A DNA stretch of 64,000 nucleotides from Azolla caroliniana (lineage: Eukaryota; Plantae; Polypodiophyta). The DNA lies in NCBI GenBank assembly GCA_043228905.1, contig JBHGNT010000012.1, positions 14,012,001 to 14,076,000 of the forward strand, written 5' to 3'. How positions within the stretch are numbered: position 1 is the first letter of the stretch; every line of letters begins with the position of its first letter. The translations under genes and the position numbers were made by a program. The notes under the pieces are model-generated. The model made no database searches. It had not been told where the DNA came from and worked only from the letters and a program-made list of their open reading frames with translations. Positions 28,691 to 38,044 of this stretch are shown in pieces.

Positions 28691-31600
28691 TCATCGTAGC
28701 CGAAATCTCACTTTCTCTCTTCTTGGCACGTATCGGAGGACGTGCGGTTTGGTGGGGGTGGATGTCGTGAAGATTTTCGGCAATAGTGTGAAAATCCCAT
28801 AAAACGTACGAAATTGAGTATGAATCACATAATACAATAATTGTGAAGATAACATTTTAAATAAATTTAATATCTAAGTACAAAATGATGGAGGTTTCGA
28901 ATGCACTTTATTACACGAGAAACGGACAACTAAATGTCAAGATATGAGGGTATAAAGTTTGTGAAAGGAAAAGAGAAAATTGTGAGATATCCCACATAGG
29001 CACGACAAATACGGCTCTCATCATATATAAGGTAGAGCAAAAGATATTATCTTTGTGTCTATGTGTGGAGCATAGGGAGTTCAAGGTAACTTGAACTAAG
29101 AGTGGAGGTGGGCTAGCTACTCGTAAAGGGTTTTGGCCAACCAAAACCGGACCGGCGATGGAGCCGGTGATCCGACGGCAAACCGGTATCCGGCGCCGGT
29201 GAGACGATGGCATCCGGCGGCGGCACCGGTATTCGGGGGCAACCGGCGACGGCATCCGGCGGTAGCATCGGTATCCGGCGCCGGTGAGACGACGACATCC
29301 GGCGGCGGCAACACCGGTGAGACTACGGTATCCGGTGGCATCCGACGACGGCACGGGTATCCGGCGGCATCCGACGACGGCACGGGTATCCGGCGGCAAC
29401 CGACGACGGCATCCGGCGAGGCACCGGTAACCGACGGCATCCGGCGAACCGGCGACTAGATAAATAAATATATAAATATATATACATATACAAGGAGGGC
29501 AAGTAAGGATTCGAACCTTGCACCTCCAAGTTAGGAGTCAATTGGCTTACCATTAAGCCATGCTATTTAGTTGAAATTATATTTCTATCATTGTAGTTTT
29601 ACATGTAAATTCTCATACATGAGAGCTAAAATGAGTGACATGGTTATCATGCACCACATGTAATACATAAGCGCCAAATGGCAAACATGCAATTTATGCA
29701 TGTCTTGTACCCTCACATGCATCATATGCATGAGAGCATCTATAAAAGAAGGAAGGGGGAGGAGAAAAAACATGTTTTTTTTTTATGAAAATTAAGAGGA
29801 AGAAATTCGTTATCAAATTGATCGTGTAACTTGTTTCTTAAATCTAAAGTTAAAAGTTCAATCAATCTCTCTCAATTGTGTAATCTCAACTTCTCTCTTT
29901 CCCAATCTATCTTAAGTACTTTCTCACTAAAGCTTGCGCCAAAGCTTGTACCGACTTTGAATCCTTCCGGTCCAGAACCCCGGCGGTTCCGCCTCACGAT
30001 CCGCGCGTAGTGACGGATCTTCACGACAACGCGTAAACCGGCCCCTACACGGATGGTCGCGTGAGTGGATACTTTGTACGCGAACCAGTGGATGTGACTA
30101 CTAAGCCACAAGCATTTATTAGAGGGGATTGTGCGTATCCCAAAGGGGGACAGGGAATAAAAGGCAAGAGGAGAAAGAAAAGGGGGGATATCGCGCGCGA
30201 GGGAGAAGGGAAGCGCTGCTGCAGAAGGGAAGCCGAGCTCTCTCTCTACTCCTCGAGCCGTCGTTCTCTATGGGTCCGTCGCCGCCTGTGGGAGTGCGCT
30301 GCCTCTGCTTCGTGGACAGCCCGTGTGCTTCCAACAGAGTCGCTCCCTTTGTTAACTCTTAGGGCCGGACAATGGCCTTACACAGGGTGTCTACGGAAGA
30401 CACTTCACCAAAGGGGTGTTACGGCAACAGGATTAGACTCAACGATTAATCCGACTTACTTAGGTTACTTAGCATGATTGTCTTTAATAATCCCACGCGT
30501 AAGATATAACAATGAAGGCAGACGGCAATTAACACAAAGAGATAACAACACTAAACTTTATTAATTAACCGCTATTCATTACATTGTATTCGGGCCTTTA
30601 AATAGGTTTCCGGTCTGTATTACAAAACGGTGCCATCCACACTTGTTCGGGATCGGTCCGGATCCGGAACGGCATACCGATTCCGGTCCGTCCGTCCACA
30701 CTCATAGCTTACTTACAACCATTCCTACTAATTAAATAACTCCCCGTTTCACACTCTAGACTCCTTTGCCGGCCGGTAACACATGGCACGCCCGTGGGAC
30801 AGTACCTTGTACGTCGAATCCACAACCGACCCTTGCTATTCTTCGTCCAAAATATCCAGAATGCTTTGTTCGAGAGTCTCCAATGGTTCATCTGGAATTG
30901 GTTGTTGTTGTTGTTGTTGTTGCTCTGTTGATGTCTGTTGCGACGGGTTCGTTGGTGGCTGTTGCGGCTGCTCTTCCGTTTGTTGCTCTGACACCGGCGT
31001 CTCCGTCGTTGCTCCCTCTGTCGTAGTGGTCTCCGGTTGACTGGTTCCGGGCTGGCCCTCGGCCGGCGACGGTTCCTCATCACTAAGGTTAACCGTTGCC
31101 GCTTCCCGTGCTTTTTCTTCCCGAACCCGGGACCGCTCGTAGCTTTCAAACTGGATTTGAGCGTCCAACCTATCATTGTCTAGCTGAGCTACAAGTTGCC
31201 GGACCTGCGCCAGCTGTTCATCCGCCAGGACTTGGAAGTCGTCGACCAGCTCGTTCCGTATGGCGGTGAAGTCCTCGGAAGTCAACGTATAACAATCATC
31301 TCCTTCCTTCCGCCGGTTTGCCACGTCTGCCCGTAGCAATTGGAGTTCCGCCGCGTTTTGTGCCCACTTTGTCCACCATCTTACGGAGCTTTCGTCAATC
31401 AAGTGTTTTGTCTGCTTCAGCCATGCCCGGAGGATGGACTGAATCCGGCCCATTCCCAATTGCGATTTGATTTCCACCGCTTGCCGTTCCTCCTTCAGTT
31501 GCTTGATGATTTTGACGTTGTCTTCCGCCTACTCCTTGTAATGCGTCAATTGCCTTTGATATGTGCTTTGTAATTTCTGCAATACCGTTGACGCTCTCTC

Positions 31601-33210
31601 CTTTTCTTTCTGTTGCTGCCTCTAGAGCTCCATCCGGACCTTCTCCGCCTCGTCCAAGCGTCTTGTATTTTCCGCACGTTCGTCGGCGATCGCTGTCGCG
31701 GTCCGATCAACTTCCTGCTGGAGCTCGGCCATCCGTTCCTTATGCTCCATTTCCAGCCGTTTGTAGTCCCGGTGCAGGTGCTCAAAATCATCTGTCTTTT
31801 GCTTGAGCCGTGCGTTGATCTGTCGACGGGCCCGGTCCTCGCGGTCCTTCTGCTGGCGGAGCTCTTCCTTTAGCCGTTCAATTTCCGTTTCCGTCGTCTT
31901 CCGCAGCTTGTCCTTTTCCTGCAGCACTTTGTCTTTTTCGTCCCTTAGCCGGTCGTACGCTTGATGGCCTTTCCGGAGGCTCTCCTCTACCCGGCGGAGG
32001 TTCTCAACAGTCTTCTTTAATTCGGCTTCGGCCGCTGTCTTCAATTCCCGTTCACGGCTCCTTAGCGCTTCTTGTGCGGCAAGTTCATCTCTCAATTCTG
32101 CAAGCTCCTGGCCTTGCGCCGCATCTCTCACCGGAACGGTTTCCGTTGCCGGGGTCTTATTGGAACACGTTCGCGTTCACAAGTGGAAGGATTGCGCATT
32201 CCACTTGTAGAATCTTCTTAAAATGAAGCAAATACACCCTCTCTACAAAAATTGGATGCACTAGTATCACATGTTCCTCAACTTGATGAGAATTTGCAAA
32301 TATAAAAATACATGATAGATCTACGAGTGGAGATCATTAGAAATCATGCAAGTTTAGACATGTTGATAAGTTAATGTAGGCATAATAAAGTTCAACTATG
32401 GCTCAATATGGCACTATTGTGCGACAAGGGAAACACTAACTTAAAGACTTATATTAATTAGGTAAGTTTTACAAAAATATGAGGTGTACTTGTATCCATA
32501 CTAATAAAATGAGATATAATCTATACTTTGACCCATACGTGCATGTATGTAATTGTGGAAAATGTAGGATAGTGCACATTAGGATAAGTGATTGGAATAA
32601 CTAACTTATTAAAGTATTCAATACTTGTATTTAAAGTTGATCTAATCTATTGCTCAGTTTGTTCATATGAGATCAAACCATATGTGTATATAATTGTGCA
32701 CATTGTAAGGCCGTGAACTTTAGGATAATGTCGTGGAATAACAAACCTATTAGGCTTTCATACCTGTATTTAAAATTGGTCTACTCTATTGCTTAGGTGA
32801 TTCACACAAAATCAAACTCCGAACGATAACGCAACTGGAACCATTATCAACACACTACACAAACTAAGCAGCAATGGAATAGAAACATAATAGTTTTAAC
32901 AATAGAAGACAAAGATCCATAATAACAACATGGACAATCATGGCAACAATTATAGGGCCATGTTCTGTTAAGGTTAGCTTGGACCAAAATCAGCCTCCAT
33001 TTAAACTAGTTCATGTTTCTCCGTAAGTTTGGTAGTCAGCTATGCACGCGGTGAAACCAATGTCATAAATCTACTAATCAAGTATATAAAAATAAAATTG
33101 AAACATATAGAAGATTATAAAGAATAGAATCCACTAGGTAAAACCCAATATTTGTATTAATAATGTGAAATCTTAACAAATCGTCAGTGTCATATTCTTC
33201 ATAGAGTCTA

Positions 33211-36200
33211 TTACATAGCAACCAATTCATCAACGTCATTTTCTTCATCATCTTGTGTAGAACTGTCTTCGGCTATGCGTGCATTGGTTTCCCCTGTTAG
33301 CCGAGCCAACGAAATATCTTCTATAAGCTCATCATCAAGCTCTATTAGCTCCCCCGGTTCGCCGGCTAACGGAGGAATAGGCTCTCGCGAAGTAGGTTGA
33401 AACCTTTCTGTATTGGCGAGGTTCTTTGCACCGACCTCCTCATCCTAGTCTCGGCACTCCCACAAAGCCTTAATCCGCATATTAATAAATATAACTTGGT
33501 CCTTGTCCTTCTCCAATGCAACTATATTTCTAAACAGCTTCAATGCACATGCTGACGTAGTTCCTGTGATGTAAGTAACAAGAAGATTTAGTTGTCAAAT
33601 GAAAAAAAAGTGATTGGTTATCTCAAGATCGTTACCCTAGTTCGAGGAATACCTGTGCCAGAAAAGAGATCTAATATCCAGTCTCCTTCGACAGAAAACA
33701 TCTCGATCAAGCGCATCATAAGTCGTTGAGGTTTTTGGTATGGGTTGACAAGTCCCCATTCTGTCGTGGTGACATGTCGCAATTTCCGAGTCACTGTTGG
33801 ATATACCAACAGATTTGAACCTCCCACTTCATTAGAATGCTCTTTGATTCTCTATTTCTTAATTTCATCGAAGTAGCCAACCGTTATGTATTCAATGGCA
33901 TTAACGAACCGAAAAGTTGGCCCTCTATTTACATTGGTCTTGATCCTATAAAAAATAATACATCGAGTTAAGAATAGATTCAACAACCTTAAGAAATGCA
34001 ATATAGTGAAAGACACCTATAAATAATCCTTACCATGCAAGGTTCTCGATGCCATGGCAACGAGATCTCAAAGCTTGAGCTACCGAGTACCCTTGGTCCA
34101 TACTATGAAAGACAACTATTCGCCACAAGGATGCGGTCGTTAGCTCAGCGAAATCCTTGACCATCTTCTCCAATTGTTTAAATCTAAACGGTTCATCGTC
34201 GTATGATGACCCAACCATTCGAAATCCGTAAGGAATATCCGCAATCATTAGCGTATATTCCTTCTTTGGCACCTTCTGGATCAAGTCGATGACATCACCG
34301 CAAACCACATTGTAGTAAAGATCTCTTGTAATATCTTTTTTGTGGCTAAATTTTTTAAAGGAGCCATCTTCCTCCATTTCGTACGCCTTGACTAAGCGAC
34401 GATCCTTTTCTTTTCTGGCTCGTTCGAGATGTGCAAGGAAGGATGTAGGGAAATCGTGTATATCCTTAACTTCTCCTTGTTTCTTGCCTCGACACGGTTT
34501 CTAATAGAAGCAATAGGACATCAGGTATTATTATACAAGCTCTACATATGATGAAAGGGTAATGAAAAAACATGAATACTAACCCAATCCTTGAATGCAA
34601 TAAAATACTCTGATAACGCCTTATACGAAGACGTTAGAGGATAATCCTCGGTCACTTGTTCCCAAGTTATACATCCAAGTTGTTTCATCATAACTTCTTG
34701 GATCTTCATGTACACCTTATGACTGTAAAATTAGAAATCAAGATTAGAACTTTGAATTACACTAGATAGACTACAATTTCAGTATTTGAGGGACTTACTT
34801 ATTGAACTTAGTGACCATTTCTTCAAGGCTTAAATCTTTCGCCACAACCCTTGACAAAACCGACACAAGAAGCTGCTCGTCCTTAATACCTTGCATTGCT
34901 CTCCATAGAGACAGCTTCATGTCATCTACCGCTTCTTCAATTGTCAAGTCAATTTTCTTGGCGGCTTGTGACTTTAACTCTAGTTGAGGGTCAACCCTAC
35001 ATTTCTTTTGTCGTTGACCCTTTACCTCCTTATTCTCCCACATTGAGAAGATTTGATCTTGTAGGTCCCATACTTCTCCATCTCTAAACGCCAATTGAAA
35101 CCAAGACTCATACTTTCGAAGACCATCGGACCTAACATTATCATCTACCACAATGCCGACTTCATGCAGACATTGACGTCGAAGGCCTGGATGTAACTTC
35201 ACACCAAACTTTTGTTTCACATCTAAATACTCGTGGTGGAAGAACCGTATACGCTCAATGGACGACATTTTCTGCCTATAGTCATTATCATTATTATGGT
35301 CCCATGCCAATAGCTTAGCCTCTTCGGTTGTGAGCCCAACATAAATTTTGCACTCGGCATACTTGAAGAAGAAAGTGGTTGGATGTTCTCTCACAAGTTG
35401 CCGACGTGCCTCTGCTGAATGCGATCCACCAATGACAAAATAATTAAATTGATCATGTTTTCTAATATCAAAATCTTCAATGGTTTCACATTCTTCAGGA
35501 TCTACCATAACAATAAAAGGCACCACAGTGGCATGAGGATTAATTTTCATTTTTTTCTTGAGATTTTGAACATGCATGCGGTGAGGCTCTCTAATCTCAA
35601 GTGGTCTTCGACCTGTTTTTTCATCAATAGGGGGCCGATGGATGTGTGTTATAGGCAAATTAAATACTTGCCCTTTCCTGACCAGCTTCCGTTGCATTAA
35701 CTCTCTCCTTATTTTATTCTGCTTGGATGACAAAACACCCGAGGCCAGCTCAGCTCATGGCGTCCCCTTATTATCCTCCTCTTCGTTTTCACTTGTTGAA
35801 TCCGTATCTGACATTTTCGTTGTCTTCTTCTTTGTTGGTCTTGACTGGACTTTGGAAACCTTTTTTGTTGGCTTCAATGGGGAGGGCACTTCATCTCTTA
35901 GAGTTACATGGCCTTGTATATAAGGCCTCAAGGTAACAATAGGGTTTTGTGAGCTATCAAGTGCTTTTTTGAACACTTTTGGCCCACAAGATTCTTTTAC
36001 TAAAAGGTCTTCTGAAAGGAACACTTTACGTACCCCCTTGGAGCACTCTATCATTACCAGTATGTTGGCCGAATCTGCATCTTCGTAGTCAAATCGTAGA
36101 ATACGGCCATACATAAATGGGGTTTCCTTTCCAAGTTGCCCCTCACCCTTCTTCTTTGCAGTATACAATACGACTTTTTTCTTTGAGTCGACATATTGCA

Positions 36201-37192
36201 TACACCATTCCTTGTCCGTTAGATCTCGGTCAGGAAGGTCTTCACCTCCAGTAGTGGCGACAAGTTTCTTTTGGCTAACATCACTATGTGGCTGAGATTT
36301 TGTCTCTTCGTTAAAGAGAAGCTTTTTTCCTCTCTTCATGGTCTCAGGAGCTACCTTGGTCTGGGCTTCGATTGGAGAACCTTGTATGCGAAGCTTTATT
36401 TTCTTCACCGGTCGGTCCGACAGGTTTTCAAACGACCTATTTAAGAAAGTATATGCAAAAACATAAGTTAGGTAGTCACGTAGATTAAGGTTGTATATTA
36501 ACATGAAGAACAGTTCCCAGGAGCAGTCCTATATTCAAAAATCTATTATAGGCAGGGCTATTCAACCTAGAAAATATATATCGTAATAAGTAAAAAGGGT
36601 TATATAATCTTTTAAATAGTAGGTATGACTTATATAGATTCCAAACCTATATTGACGAGAATTTACTATCGTAAAGGCAATTTGTGGATCATTTTCTACT
36701 ATTTTAAGCTAAAGTAGGTCATAAAACACCTATAATTAGAGCATGTTTTTTTTTAAAAGTAAGGAAAGCCAACATAAAAAGACTGATTTTGCCAGACAAT
36801 TTGATATCTTTTCTATCCCAAAATTATTTGTTACCCCAAAAATACAATTTTTCTCTCTCAAAGCCTTATTATATACAGGAACTCGATACGGCGTATCGAG
36901 TTCGTGTTTAAAACCTACCCTTTAAACAGGAACTCGATACGGCGTATCGAGTTCGTGTTTAAAACCTACACTTTAAACAGGAACTCGATACGCCTATCGA
37001 GTTCCTGTATAAAAAGCAAAATTAAATTATGAACTCGATACGCCGTATCGAGTTCATGTATAAATATTTGTATTGTATACATGAACTCGATACGGGGTAT
37101 CGAGTTCTTGAGAAACGAAACATATTTATAAAAATGTCCACAGTGTCAGAGGCCTACCTGGAGTCCTCGCGCTCGATTCTCTTTGAAGACAT
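33211..37192 (-). pseudogene. ParB/Srx-like domain fused to beta-class N6-adenine/N4-cytosine DNA methyltransferase, ~974 aa; exons 37158-37192, 34799-36436, 34584-34722, 34034-34500, 33653-33945, 33211-33563; three premature stops
   Basis: Five GT-AG introns with compatible phases. ParB-like VVPFIVMV...YFVIGGSHSAEARRQL...EEAKLLAWDHN; MTase CGDVIDL, IADIPY (motif IV), WIKTN...EYITV, YQKPQRL, ILDLFSGTGTT (motif I), IVALEKD. Confidence 0.85.
36879..37107. repeat. Array of five palindromes GAACTCGATAC-N3-GTATCGAGTTC at ~51-bp period
   Basis: Copies start at 36879, 36930, 36981 (1-nt shorter), 37031 and 37083. Confidence 0.92.
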
Positions 37193-37333
37193 GTTTGATC
37201 GTGTGGAAGTGGAGGCGGAGATCGCGCTTTCGTGCTTTGTGCTCTGTGTGCTTTGTGTGCTCTGTGTGCTCTCTACGTTCTGTGTGCTCTGTACGCTCTG
37301 TACGCTCTGGTGAGTGAAATATGACGAGGTCTT

Positions 37334-37346
37334 CCTATTTATAGGG
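37334..37346 (-). promoter_or_regulatory. TATA box of the methyltransferase gene
   Basis: CCCTATAAATAG on the minus strand, about 145 bp upstream of the predicted ATG. Confidence 0.6.
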
Positions 37347-38044
37347 ATTGAACACATTGGTTAAAGTAACCATAGTCACCTTAACCAAGGTTGGTAACTT
37401 TGAGCATAGTTAGTTGGTAACCATAGTCACATTAACTAGAGTAACTTATGATTGTATTAATGATTACAAAGTCAAACTACCATATTGATCAATCTTTTAT
37501 AGTCATAACAACCTACAATGACTTCAAAGGTTATGAATGAGACAATGATAGAGGTTCATGAATGTACCAATGATTGATTACTAAAACCAACAATTTTTAT
37601 GACTCTCAAATGTTGTGTATTAAAGATGTGGGCATAAATTAACCAATGATTGATAAGTCTAATATTTAAAATGGTGAGCATTAAAGAACCAATGAGTGAG
37701 ACGTTCTATATCAAAATGGGTGCCATTAATTAGCCAATGATTTTAACATTAATCCAACATATTCATGGCTTGTTAATGATTAGTTTTATATTTTACTTGA
37801 TTTAACTTTATATAGATCTAGTTTATATAATAATTGATATTTTAAGTACAATTACTTTATTAAAAATAATTTTTTGATGTATTGTATTAATAGAATATTA
37901 CATAATATAGACATTCTATTGATTTGGCTTTTGTTTAGAGAGAAGTTTATGTTTAGAGAGGAGTATATGTTTAGAGAGGAGGTTATTAGTTTTTTTCTTT
38001 CCCCTAAGCCCATAACTTAGAGAGCCCTATCTAGACCTTAAGCC

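Larger units (their letters stand above)
18790..30028 (+). mobile_element. Near full-length Ty3/gypsy LTR retrotransposon, tRNA-Trp primed; 5' LTR 18790-19240 + 22523-23124, 3' LTR 28763-30028
   Basis: Near-identical LTRs with TGTCGTGAAGA...TCTTCAC(A/G)ACA ends; PBS at 23133-23150; PPT before 28763; gag-PR-RT-RH-INT order; flanks GCGC/ACGC. Confidence 0.93.

Noticed and set aside
28911-29553. Overlapping ORFs in the 3' LTR
   Set aside because: Stop-poor GC-rich tandem repeat; no protein motifs.
29507-29560. Functional tRNA genes (also the tRNA-like stretches at about 18280-18335 and 58527-58585)
   Set aside because: No convincing acceptor or anticodon stems; treated as tRNA-derived repeat modules.
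36879-37107. CRISPR-like repeat-spacer array
   Set aside because: Spacers are AT-rich and the first two are near-identical; no cas genes; eukaryotic intron context.
33211-37192. Bacterial or phage contamination as the source of the methyltransferase
   Set aside because: The gene has five phase-consistent GT-AG introns and a TATA box, and sits in a TSD-flanked insertion within a plant retroelement.
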